Part shown: piece after piece, positions 28,197-37,585 of the stretch
How positions within the stretch are numbered: the first letter of the stretch is position 1
Layout of the letters: each line of letters opens with the position of its first letter
NCBI GenBank assembly: GCA_024720975.1
Contig: JANJXX010000001.1
Span: 223,408-287,407 of the forward strand
Reading direction: 5' to 3'
Origin: Thermoproteota archaeon
GTDB lineage: Archaea; Asgardarchaeota; Njordarchaeia; Njordarchaeales; Panguiarchaeaceae
Length of the DNA: 64,000 nt
Notes under the pieces: generated by a model
What the model was told of the DNA's origin: nothing
What the model saw: only the letters and a program-made list of their open reading frames with translations
Database searches by the model: none
Position numbers and translations under genes: made by a program

Positions 28197-28949
28197 CTAT
28201 GGTAAAGATATTTCTGGGCGGTCTCTTCCAACGACTAGGATGTACCTAAGGCTCGTCGAAATTGTTTCTTCAGTTTGTGTTTTAATCATTGCCGTATGAT
28301 ACTTTCTCATAAGTTGCTTAGATATCTTGAGAATTTTGCCATGTTCACCTGCATGAGCTCCGCCTACTATGAGGCCATAGGCGCCTTCTTCTAGTTTGAA
28401 GTGATCGAGTATCTTTTGTTCAGGCAATGTTATTTTCAATGCATCCCAAGTTTTATATGTATCAAGTACCTTCTTTCTATCGTCTTCTTTACTCACCTTG
28501 AAGAGAATATTGCGACCATCCTCCAGATTTAACTGTATCCACCCATTGTTGACATAGCGCTTCCCAATAATTCTCACGATCTTTATATTTGCTTCTGTGG
28601 GGGCTATCTCGTGAAGAATTATTCTTCGCTTGTGTGGGAACACCCTCCAATATTTCTCAGCACCTTTTATGTACAGGACATCCATTATTCCCACTGGGAA
28701 TTTATAATCAGTAATCACGCGACCATCTACGTAGATAAGTCGCTGAGCTAAGATTTTACGAGCTTCTCGCAATGATTTAGCGTAATTCAAAATGTCCCGT
28801 AGAATCACTGCTATCGGAATTGAATATTCCATTGGATGCGGTCCGGGACTGGGGCGTATGGTATACTTACCATGTCGACGCTTTCTTGATATCGGAAAGA
28901 CCGGAGGGGCGGCCAGCCTTTTGATGTGACGAGTTCCACCTAGTTTCAT
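28197..28949 (-). CDS. rps4e: 30S ribosomal protein eS4
   Basis: HIKRLAAP, PSPGPH, VDGRV.TDYKFPVG.MDV, DGRN. Confidence 0.97.
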   Translation of the reverse strand: MKLGGTRHIKRLAAPPVFPISRKRRHGKYTIRPSPGPHPMEYSIPIAVILRDILNYAKSLREARKILAQRLIYVDGRVITDYKFPVGIMDVLYIKGAEKYWRVFPHKRRIILHEIAPTEANIKIVRIIGKRYVNNGWIQLNLEDGRNILFKVSKEDDRKKVLDTYKTWDALKITLPEQKILDHFKLEEGAYGLIVGGAHAGEHGKILKISKQLMRKYHTAMIKTQTEETISTSLRYILVVGRDRPEISLP

Positions 28950-28966
28950 GCACAAATCACCTCAGA

Positions 28967-29374
28967 CTACTCTGTTTTCGTAGCTTCTTCACTTTTAGAC
29001 ACTTTCTTCCTTTCTATCATCTCCTTCCTTCGTGAATCAGAGAGATCAAGCTCAATTATTTTAACATTCCACGGATATATTGGGTAATATCTGGTAGCTC
29101 CTCCAGCACGCTTGATAGTAACCCCTTCAACGTACACTCTAAGCTTCTTTGGAAGGAGTTCCACGACCTTGCCTACTACGCCTTTGAATCTGCCCTTTTG
29201 AATTATAACCGTATCTCCTTTCCTTATTGGAATCCTTTTTATGCCATACTTTTCCCTGGCCTCCTTGGTTAATGGTGCTACCATCATTTTGAGCCTCATA
29301 TGATGTGGAAGGTTGTATAAATATTTACGCATCTTTCTTGGCTGAGATGAAATTCTGGAATTTAGCTTCATCAA
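28967..29374 (-). CDS. rpl24: 50S ribosomal protein uL24
   Basis: SSQPRK.RK..YN.P.H, IRKGDTV. Confidence 0.96.
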   Translation of the reverse strand: MMKLNSRISSQPRKMRKYLYNLPHHMRLKMMVAPLTKEAREKYGIKRIPIRKGDTVIIQKGRFKGVVGKVVELLPKKLRVYVEGVTIKRAGGATRYYPIYPWNVKIIELDLSDSRRKEMIERKKVSKSEEATKTE

Positions 29375-29435
29375 TATCCCCAGCGACTATGCGAATTCAC
29401 ATGATTAAAATTTTTACTACAATAAAAGTAAAAGG

Positions 29436-29732
29436 TTATTCATCCAAAACCTCAAGCCAAGCCAACGGTATTAGCTGGTACTCACCAGTAGGCAAATAGC
29501 GACATATTGTTAGAGGAACTTTCTTCTTACTTATCTCCATTTTTGCGATCTGAATGGGATTCGATGAATCTATCATTTTCAATTCATCTTTCGAGAGGAA
29601 AGCGGGAGCTCCATATGCTATTTGAATGGCCCTAATGGCAACAAGTGTTGCGTATTCATATCTAGTGAGATGGGGTGGTCCAATAACGACGTGATTATCT
29701 GAAATTCGTTTCTTGAGGGCCATAAAAATCAC
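29436..29732 (-). CDS. rpoK: RNA polymerase subunit Rpo6 (K)
   Basis: LTRYE.A..VA.RAIQI.YGAP, RYLP.G. Confidence 0.93.
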   Translation of the reverse strand: MIFMALKKRISDNHVVIGPPHLTRYEYATLVAIRAIQIAYGAPAFLSKDELKMIDSSNPIQIAKMEISKKKVPLTICRYLPTGEYQLIPLAWLEVLDE

Positions 29733-29736
29733 CTAG

Positions 29737-30483
29737 TTACTTCTTGAATCCTAGCTCATGAAGGTACTGTAAGATTTCATTGAATTTATCAGGAAGCCTT
29801 TCCTTAACGAAATTTAGTATGTCCTCCACTTCGCCACTACTTGCAAATTTACAGTATATTCTTAGTGCTTTTTTAAGTTCCCCAACGGCACGGTTAGTTT
29901 CACCCATCGTTACATATATTTCCGCAAGAAAGAGCAGTAACTCAGCGTATTGAGGATCATCACTTAAATTTGAATACTTTCCAACTAATTCAGTTAAAAC
30001 ACTTTCAACGCGTTTTATGTCAGTTTTTGCTATTTCTGGACCCCAGAGAATTAGGATGAATGCGATGTAGTATCTCAAAATGTCAAGTCTATTGTTACTT
30101 TCGAGCAGAAGCCTCTCAAAGTCACTGCGGATTCTTTCGAGCTCATCTAATAAGTCTCGCCCCTGTGCAAGTCCTAACTTTACCTTTTCCGATCTTAAGA
30201 TCAATTTATAGAGCGCATAGTCCGTTGAATTTTTGTCCTTGAGTTCCTCGTAGATTGAATCAAGCAATTCCATCGATTTATTCGAATCCCCAATTAGTGT
30301 ATAAGCCCTTGCAAGTTGAATGAAGGCAGCAGATTTCTTTTTTGGATCCTCAATGGAATCCGCCAACTCAAGAGCGGCATCTAATGTGTACTTAGCTTTC
30401 AGAATTTCGCCTTTCTTTGCCAACTCAATTGCATGACTAACAGCAATGACCAGTAGATTATAATTGGATAATTCGCTGCTCAC
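29737..30483 (-). CDS. TPR-like helical repeat protein
   Basis: LARAY..IGD..KS, LAEIY..MGE...AV..LKKAL TPR patterns. Confidence 0.6.
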   Translation of the reverse strand: MSSELSNYNLLVIAVSHAIELAKKGEILKAKYTLDAALELADSIEDPKKKSAAFIQLARAYTLIGDSNKSMELLDSIYEELKDKNSTDYALYKLILRSEKVKLGLAQGRDLLDELERIRSDFERLLLESNNRLDILRYYIAFILILWGPEIAKTDIKRVESVLTELVGKYSNLSDDPQYAELLLFLAEIYVTMGETNRAVGELKKALRIYCKFASSGEVEDILNFVKERLPDKFNEILQYLHELGFKK

Positions 30484-31015
30484 GCGTTATCACTTGATCC
30501 TCAGTTAATTCATAAATGACTATTTGAAGGCACCTATCCTCAATAGTTATTTTTCCCCACGTAGGAATTTCGTAGCCGCCCGCTCCTCCCCAGACACCAC
30601 AAACCGAGCCTGGATTTAATATAATTGCATCATGGTACGCAAGTATAGCAGGACTATGTGTATGACCAGTGATTATGACCCTGGCGGATCTTTTCCTTGC
30701 AATGCTTAATAATTGCTCGGGATCACCTCGGGGGTATATGCCGTGACCGTGGAATACACTAAACTTTATATCACCTATGGTGAAATCAGCCACCAATGGC
30801 AGTTTCATAGCGTCGCCCTCATCCATATTACCTCTCACGGCATAAACGTTTTTTGCTAGATGTCTTACAGAATCAAGCACGCTGTATATCACTAGATCGC
30901 CCGTTACGACCATTATATCAGGCCGCTCTTGTATAAGAAATTCGATAAATCTCTTTGGTAGCCTGTTTGATCGATAAGGAATATGAGAATCTCCCCAAAA
31001 AACTATCTTCGTCAA
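30458..31015 (-). CDS. Vps29/YfcE-family metallophosphoesterase
   Basis: GDSHIP.R...LP, GD, RGNMD, HGH, GHTH, NPGS; TTG start after GGTG. Confidence 0.9.
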   Translation of the reverse strand: MTKIVFWGDSHIPYRSNRLPKRFIEFLIQERPDIMVVTGDLVIYSVLDSVRHLAKNVYAVRGNMDEGDAMKLPLVADFTIGDIKFSVFHGHGIYPRGDPEQLLSIARKRSARVIITGHTHSPAILAYHDAIILNPGSVCGVWGGAGGYEIPTWGKITIEDRCLQIVIYELTEDQVITREQRIIQL

Positions 31016-31062
31016 AATGTCCACCGGATGACTAGAAAAGTGAGAGTGATGAGTGAAAAATG

Positions 31063-31527
31063 CTATTGAGATTTGCCTTTGGGTGTCCATCCAAGTAATC
31101 TGCACAAGGCTTCGAGGTATATAAATTTGTATTTGCCAGATTGCGGATCTATCATAGCATCTCTAATTGTTATTTTCTGAACATTTTTAAATTCATCTGG
31201 AACGCCAATGTATACTTTAAGACGCCTGAATAATATTCTAGAACGTTTTCGCTTCCAATACGAAGGCAGCATCCCTCTTATTCTTCGCTTAAGAAATAGA
31301 TCCGGGCGGACATTGTGGAATGGCCCCCTTCTCGGATTGGTTAGAGTTCTCAGTTCCATCCAGCTTCTCCACTTTTCGATTATTCTCTTTGGTTCACCAA
31401 CGAAGACTGCCTTCTCTGCATTCACGATGATGACACTTTTATTTTCTAGGAGCATTTTTGCAACTCTAGTCGCCAATCGTCCAACTTTATGATTTGTCGC
31501 ATCTATGAACACTGTATCAATACTCAC
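31063..31527 (-). CDS. rpl13: 50S ribosomal protein uL13
   Basis: IDAT...GRLA..VAK.LL, NAEKAV..G, GPFH..RPD, RGMLP. Confidence 0.96.
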   Translation of the reverse strand: MSIDTVFIDATNHKVGRLATRVAKMLLENKSVIIVNAEKAVFVGEPKRIIEKWRSWMELRTLTNPRRGPFHNVRPDLFLKRRIRGMLPSYWKRKRSRILFRRLKVYIGVPDEFKNVQKITIRDAMIDPQSGKYKFIYLEALCRLLGWTPKGKSQ

Positions 31528-31537
31528 AGCGGCTCAC

Positions 31538-31915
31538 CTATAGCAGAATTTTTACGTTAGAGCCTTTTGGATTTCTCTCAATGAGTTCTTTGATACTCAT
31601 TACCGTTCCTCCAGCATCAAGTATCTTCTTTTTTGCCGTGTCGCTAAATGCAAATGCTGCAACGTTAACCTTGTGTTTTAATATTCCTGCGCCTAAGACT
31701 TTTCCGGGGACTAATACTGTGTCTCCTTCCTGTGTGTATCTGGATATTTTCGAAATATTGACTTGCGCTCTTAGCCTGCGAGGCTTTCCTAGTAGTTCCG
31801 CGGCGCGTCTCCATATACTAGCTTCATTTTCTCTCGCTTTCTTCTTCAGGAATTTGATTAGTGCAAGTAGTTGAACATTGGTTATCCTTTCATATCTGCG
31901 AGTCACGATCATCAC
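31538..31915 (-). CDS. rpl18e: 50S ribosomal protein eL18
   Basis: IW.R.AE.L.KPRR, VNISKI.R, VPGKVLG.G. Confidence 0.96.
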   Translation of the reverse strand: MMIVTRRYERITNVQLLALIKFLKKKARENEASIWRRAAELLGKPRRLRAQVNISKISRYTQEGDTVLVPGKVLGAGILKHKVNVAAFAFSDTAKKKILDAGGTVMSIKELIERNPKGSNVKILL

Positions 31916-31944
31916 CGTGCCTTAGAGGTACTTTTGGATTTTAT

Positions 31945-32319
31945 TCAAGATATAAATAGCTTTATTTGGCTTGTTTCTTGCAATCGAGAAATTACTTTGT
32001 CGAGAAAAGATGCATCCAGGAGTTGAGCATTCCAATAGGAGGCCATTGGCTCAGATTCATCAATAAGGATTCTCAGATCCCAATTGCCAATTTCAAAAAC
32101 ATTCATTATAGCATATCTCATAGCTGCCGCTATAGGAATTACAAGAGGGCACAACGGTGATGTAGGTATCCACCTTATTTCGATTTTCTTGTGCTCTTCG
32201 TCAACCGTTACTTCTTTTATCAGTCCCAAATCCACGACATTGATACCTATTTCTGGATCCTTAACTCTTTTCAGGGTCTCCATTATTTTTTGTTTTACTA
32301 GCTCCACCATTATAGTCAC
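31945..32319 (-). CDS. DUF59/SufT/MIP18-like Fe-S cluster assembly factor
   Basis: L..VKDPEIGINVVDLGLI, T.P.CP. Confidence 0.85.
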   Translation of the reverse strand: MTIMVELVKQKIMETLKRVKDPEIGINVVDLGLIKEVTVDEEHKKIEIRWIPTSPLCPLVIPIAAAMRYAIMNVFEIGNWDLRILIDESEPMASYWNAQLLDASFLDKVISRLQETSQIKLFIS

Positions 32320-32371
32320 GCATAATGAACTAGGATCTTAACCTGTTAAAAAAAGTCTCAATACTAAAAAG

Positions 32372-33289
32372 GTGCTTCAAACAATGAAAATAACTATCAA
32401 ATCTGCAATATCGAAAATACTTTACGACAATCGGTTGGATCCCGCAGAATTTCGAGTAATTTTCAAGCATCAGGACGGTGAGTACTGGGACGTCCCTTTC
32501 AATTACCTAAGATTCCAGGGAGGATTCTTTCAGTACTCTAACCTTGATACACTGTATCCCCTCCATAGAATCGTTGCTATATACTCTCTAGATGGAGGAT
32601 ATCTTGTAAGGCGCAAGTTTAATCCTGATCTAGTCGTGATTAAGCCACAAACAATAGAAATCACTCCAGGTATTCCCATAGAACAGCAGTACGACTCATT
32701 CACTGTTGCAAGATTTGGGTGGCTCATTATTAGACATTTAGAGTCTATGCTATCAGACAAAAATGACGAGATTGATAGCATACTCGAGACTTTAGGCGAA
32801 ATTGATGAATTGGGTACAGACGATTCTTACCTTGTTAGGAGTGGTTATTTTGCCGGAACAATAATCAGAGATAAAACGATAATACGTGGGGCTTCGCCCC
32901 TGAATTTTCTTGAGATTAGAGATCACCTATATTTTCAGAGGGTGTATCTATTCGACGCTGATGATTTATTCATCATTCACGAAAAAATTGCATGCAGGAC
33001 AACACCGACGAGGAGAGTAGAAAAAATGGATTCTATGAGTAGTTTTTCGTTTATTTTGAACATTGCTGAGAAGTACTCGTTACTAGCCGCAAATGGAAAG
33101 ATATTAACACTCGTAGACCAACAATCGAAAATGATCCTACCACCTAAATTAGCCAGCAAAATCGTTGGAACTCTGGGTGGCGATTCACTCCTTGCAGAAT
33201 TTGAAGTTAGCCAGAAGCGCTGGATTTATCAGAGGAACAAACTGGCCCTTGTGGCTGACCATGACACTATAGTTTCATACATCGCCTAG
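32372..33289 (+). CDS. DUF504 (MJ1316-like) domain fused to unknown C-terminal region
   Basis: I...I.KILYD...VPF...PLHRIVAI N-terminal motif. Confidence 0.55.
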   Translation: MLQTMKITIKSAISKILYDNRLDPAEFRVIFKHQDGEYWDVPFNYLRFQGGFFQYSNLDTLYPLHRIVAIYSLDGGYLVRRKFNPDLVVIKPQTIEITPGIPIEQQYDSFTVARFGWLIIRHLESMLSDKNDEIDSILETLGEIDELGTDDSYLVRSGYFAGTIIRDKTIIRGASPLNFLEIRDHLYFQRVYLFDADDLFIIHEKIACRTTPTRRVEKMDSMSSFSFILNIAEKYSLLAANGKILTLVDQQSKMILPPKLASKIVGTLGGDSLLAEFEVSQKRWIYQRNKLALVADHDTIVSYIA

Positions 33290-33314
33290 AAAGCGTCCAA
33301 GCAATTTACAATCA

Positions 33315-33881
33315 CTACTTGATGAACGTCCGTATGAACTCTATCATTAATTTCACAGCTTTGGCTCTGTGGCTGTGCATATTCTTCTCTGCGGTGCTCA
33401 TCTCACCGAAAGTTTTCTGACTACCCTCCGGGATAAATATAGGATCAAACCCAAAGCCGAAATGCCCCCTAACCTCGTTGCTTATTTTACCCTTACATAC
33501 ACCTCTAAACACTTTGATTATTCCCCTAAAGCACAACGCTATTATGCTTCTGAATTCAGCATTTCTATTTGTTATTCCATTCATTAGCCTTAGTATGCCC
33601 TCACAACCAATAGTCCTATAGACATAATTCGAATATGGACCTGGAAATCCTCTTAAAGCATCTATAAACAAACCTGCATCCTCTATAAAGAAGTCCACAC
33701 GAATCTCTCTGCTTAAGTTTTCTGCCGCAAAAAGGACTATTTCATCCAATGAATCCCCCTGTATCTCCAACTTCCTTATATTGCCAAGTGGCTCTAGTTG
33801 GATGCCAGACTCAAGCTCCTTAACTAAAGCTAGCACCTCCTCAAATTTATGCCTATTACTAGTTACAAAGTAAAGCTTCAT
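33315..33881 (-). CDS. rdgB: non-canonical purine NTP pyrophosphatase (RdgB/HAM1)
   Basis: TSN.HKF.E, EDAGL.I.AL.GFPGPYS, GFGFDPIF, EKN..SHRA. Confidence 0.96.
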   Translation of the reverse strand: MKLYFVTSNRHKFEEVLALVKELESGIQLEPLGNIRKLEIQGDSLDEIVLFAAENLSREIRVDFFIEDAGLFIDALRGFPGPYSNYVYRTIGCEGILRLMNGITNRNAEFRSIIALCFRGIIKVFRGVCKGKISNEVRGHFGFGFDPIFIPEGSQKTFGEMSTAEKNMHSHRAKAVKLMIEFIRTFIK

Positions 33882-34366
33882 TTAACCACACCAGATCCAA
33901 GCTCCTTTTCTATGTCTAAAATCTCCTCATCATATGGGTTTAATTTTCTTGCTTTCTCTATCTCTTTTCTCGCTAAGTCCAAATTTCCCATTTCCAGCAA
34001 GATTCTAGCCTTGAGGATCAAAATCTCATAGTCTTCATACTCTTCAAAGACCTGACGCAGTTCGTAAGCTTTATCAAGTGATTCCAAAGCTTCAGCAGGT
34101 CTGCCCATCTTGTGTAGAATCTTAGCTCGCAATACCCAAGCTTCAAAGAGTTTCGCATCGGAGTTTATTGTCTCTTCTATAGCCTCTAGGGCACTCTGCA
34201 GCTCTGACTCTTGAAAACATATCCATGCAAGGAGGAGCGTTGCTTTGGGATCTTTTCCCTTCTCAAGGATTCTTTTGACTATTTGTTTAGCTTCTTTAAC
34301 TTTTCCTTGGAAGAATAAGGTGTACGCAAGTTCTACAGTCAACTTAAGGACCTTAAACAACCACAA
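33878..34366 (-). CDS. TPR repeat protein
   Basis: EAW...A..L..MGR..EAL...DKA repeats. Confidence 0.85.
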   Translation of the reverse strand: MWLFKVLKLTVELAYTLFFQGKVKEAKQIVKRILEKGKDPKATLLLAWICFQESELQSALEAIEETINSDAKLFEAWVLRAKILHKMGRPAEALESLDKAYELRQVFEEYEDYEILILKARILLEMGNLDLARKEIEKARKLNPYDEEILDIEKELGSGVVK

Positions 34367-34424
34367 TAAATCTAATTAAATAGATTACACAAATACTAAA
34401 GCAGCTAGTAGAACGTGAGTCGGA

Positions 34425-34964
34425 ATGACAAAAGAAATCCGCACTATACTTTTAGCACTATTTTTGCTGACAGCACTTGTGTTAACAGAGGTACATTCTC
34501 TGGAAGTTCTTATTGGGCACTCCTCCTTGAAGGATGTATACTATCAGGGGGAGGACTTAATAATCGATGTTTCAGTTTGGAACAATGGGACATCGGCGCT
34601 TAGAATAATTCACTTTAACTTGACAATCTGGAGAGTGGAAAAGCGCTACGATAGGTTGCGCAATGTAGAGCTAGTTTACAACTCAACAATAAAAAAGAAC
34701 GAGACGATATCACCAGGACAAATATACTCACTACGAATTCTTGTAACGGTCACATTTCAACCTGCACAGTATAATTTATCACTAGCGGTGGTAACTAGAT
34801 TTGCTTTAGGAGCAGCAGGCGAAAGGGAGGATTATATTATACCCACATATCTGTTCTGGGTTAAGCCAACATTTGAAGTCCCCACGATAGTCTGGGCTAT
34901 TGTCGTCGAAGTTGTCCTAATAGGGCTCGCCATTTACATCTATAGACGCCTAAGGGTATCCTAA
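34425..34964 (+). CDS. signal peptide + Ig-like domain + C-terminal TM; TRAP alpha/beta-like candidate
   Basis: G.DL.I.V.V.N.GTSA and I.PG..S motifs, five N-x-S/T sequons, W before the TM and basic tail. Confidence 0.45.
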   Translation: [179 protein letters not shown]

Positions 34965-35082
34965 GCCACAACTAGCTCATATTCCTGAAATAATTTCTGC
35001 GCCTCACTGATGAATCCATTGCACTCTCATTGAGTTCCGATTAGGTCTCATTATGTTAGAGTGCGCTATTAGTGCTATTTCT

Positions 35083-35943
35083 ATGCTTAGGCAAAAACAT
35101 GTTAAAGCTCTTAAGCTCTTATATCGCCTCCTACGTAGATATGAATATGTTCCTATACATGCCTTGGCCTCGAAATTGGGAATGAAAGCAGATACCACCC
35201 GAAAAATACTCGAATACTTAATGAACATGGAACTTATTGAATCTAGAAAGAGAGACTATGAAGGATATAAGCTTACTTGGTGTGGATTAGATACGCTTGC
35301 TCTTCATAAGCTACGGAACTTAATAGAGTTAAAGGAAATATCACATAGAATCAACGTTGGAAAAGAGGCGGACATCTACGCATGCCGCGGGATTGACGGT
35401 CGTCTCTATATTGTAAAGACTTATAGACTTGGTCGAACGAGTTTTAGCAAGGTTAAGGCTAAAAGACCCATTTATGAGACAACAGCCGGTTGGTTAGTCA
35501 TGAGCTCCAAGGCTGCTAAGAGAGAGTTTCAAATATTAACAAAATTGTGGGAAGTTGGCGTCTCCGTTCCCAAGCCTATAGCACATGCATACCATATGAT
35601 ATTGATGGAATTTGTCCCTGGGCGCGAGTTATATAAGGCACGTCTTAAAAATCCGCTAAGCGTGTTTAGAACAATCATAAATGAAACTCTCAAGGCGTAT
35701 ACGAAAGCTGAAATCGTTCACGCAGATTTAAGTGAGTATAACGTTATTATTAATGAAGCCACAGAGGACATATGGATCATTGACTGGTCTCAGTGGTTAC
35801 CAAGTGATCATTTGGAAGCTGAAAATTATTTTAGAAAAGACATGGAAAATATTGTTAAGTTTTTTCATAAAAAGTATAGAATTGACCTGAATACACTGCG
35901 AGGAATTTTAGAAGATACCATTAGAGCATTTGGTAAAGACTAG
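35083..35943 (+). CDS. rio2: RIO2 atypical Ser/Thr kinase
   Basis: N-terminal wHTH (GYKLT..GLD.LAL), GKEAD, RLGRTSF, HADLSEYN, IDW. Confidence 0.95.
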   Translation: MLRQKHVKALKLLYRLLRRYEYVPIHALASKLGMKADTTRKILEYLMNMELIESRKRDYEGYKLTWCGLDTLALHKLRNLIELKEISHRINVGKEADIYACRGIDGRLYIVKTYRLGRTSFSKVKAKRPIYETTAGWLVMSSKAAKREFQILTKLWEVGVSVPKPIAHAYHMILMEFVPGRELYKARLKNPLSVFRTIINETLKAYTKAEIVHADLSEYNVIINEATEDIWIIDWSQWLPSDHLEAENYFRKDMENIVKFFHKKYRIDLNTLRGILEDTIRAFGKD

Positions 35944-37574
35944 GGCAGTATAGCAAGAACGTACTCCTGAATAAAGCGAATAATTATTGGTAGAAGACCT
36001 ACTCTTCTTCTTTCAAATTCACGAAGAGAGAACTCTGTATATTCTCTTGCTCTCGCAATATCATGTTTCAATAATGCATCCGCGGCTACACCTAAGTACT
36101 CAAGTATCTGAAGCCTTATTGTCTCGGGAATATTTGCTTCGTAGGCATATTTTAATATGTAGTTGAGAACGAAACTCCCATCGCGCTTTTCTAGTAGATT
36201 CAGGAGAATTTCCTTTGCTGACTCTTCTAGTTGTTTTATGTTTATTGCTCTGAAATCCCTTATGATTTCATTTATAGCTCTATCTAAGCCTATTTCCTTG
36301 TATACCTCAGTGAGGTATGCCATGTTGTCCTTGTGAATCTTCACCTCTATTCCTATCATTTCTGTGGGTCGTAGTTCGTTTGCATATTTCTCAGCTAAGG
36401 AGGTAGGAATACTCTCGGGAAATTCATTAATGACAAACAAGAGACTTGAGGCAGAGTCTATTAGAAGCGGTGTTCGTATAATAGGATCAACCTTTGATAA
36501 TTCATCAAGGCAGTAACTTAAAAGTGCGCTCGTATAGTCAAAATCGCCATATTTAGCATAAATCCTTGAAAGTCTGTTGGCAATAAAAACCTCTGATGAA
36601 GAATCCGTTTTTTGGAGATTAACTTTAATGTCATCGAGAAATGCTTGCACTTCCTTTCTATATCCAAATTTTAGGAGGATGTCTATTAGATCTGGTATTG
36701 TGGACAGGAACTCCTTCTTGTATAAATTTTGAATTATCGATGATTTTATTTTCTTGCACAACGAGGATACCTCAGGCTGGTCTATTTTAGTCCCTCCAAT
36801 AAGGTATATATGCAATGCATTTATCAACGCTCGTAGATGGTCTATTATTGATGTATCGGCCTGAACAAGCTGAAGTATCTGCTCTGCGAGCTCTTTTGTT
36901 TGGCCCTTGGTTTTATTAGCTAGCGCCAGAAACAATTCAGATAATATATATGCTTTCTTTTCCTTGGAGGCAAGAGGTAATAGGACTTTAACATCGATGC
37001 TTTCACCTTTTGCTATGGCCATCTTTACGAGTTTGACTATGGCTTCAACACGCTTGATCTCATAGGTTATTCTCTGAAGAAACTCTAAGGCTTTATTGAA
37101 TCCATAGAGTTCATATATAAAAGGTAATATCCTCGCTAGTGCTATTGAACGATCAGATCTATCTGGAATCTTTAGAGCGTACTCAATACTTTTATCTAAA
37201 TACTTCTTGGCCAGATCTTTATTATTTGCCCTCAGGAAAGCTTGAGACAGAATACCATATGCTAGCGCGGCATCAAAATCCCACTCGAATAACACATTAG
37301 CTTTCGAATCTATTTTGTTAGCAAGCTCAATAGACTTACTAATTTTATTCTGTGATAGGATTCCGGCTAATATTGCCAGTGTCATGCCCGATTCTTCCTT
37401 ACTAAGAATGTCTTCACTTATGTGCTCTAACAATATCAATAAACCTGCCCATTTGATGTGCTCAAGTTCATCTGCAAGTTGCATTAAGATGAGTTTTTTC
37501 TTTCCTGCATCTTCTAGCTGATTGTACAATTTAACGAAGGTTGAAAGAATTTCTTCGTAAGCATTTGTTTCCAT
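35940..37574 (-). CDS. alpha-solenoid (TPR-like) hypothetical protein
   Basis: 544-aa all-helical amphipathic repeats. Confidence 0.55.
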   Translation of the reverse strand: METNAYEEILSTFVKLYNQLEDAGKKKLILMQLADELEHIKWAGLLILLEHISEDILSKEESGMTLAILAGILSQNKISKSIELANKIDSKANVLFEWDFDAALAYGILSQAFLRANNKDLAKKYLDKSIEYALKIPDRSDRSIALARILPFIYELYGFNKALEFLQRITYEIKRVEAIVKLVKMAIAKGESIDVKVLLPLASKEKKAYILSELFLALANKTKGQTKELAEQILQLVQADTSIIDHLRALINALHIYLIGGTKIDQPEVSSLCKKIKSSIIQNLYKKEFLSTIPDLIDILLKFGYRKEVQAFLDDIKVNLQKTDSSSEVFIANRLSRIYAKYGDFDYTSALLSYCLDELSKVDPIIRTPLLIDSASSLLFVINEFPESIPTSLAEKYANELRPTEMIGIEVKIHKDNMAYLTEVYKEIGLDRAINEIIRDFRAINIKQLEESAKEILLNLLEKRDGSFVLNYILKYAYEANIPETIRLQILEYLGVAADALLKHDIARAREYTEFSLREFERRRVGLLPIIIRFIQEYVLAILP

Positions 37575-37585
37575 AGATTGAACAC

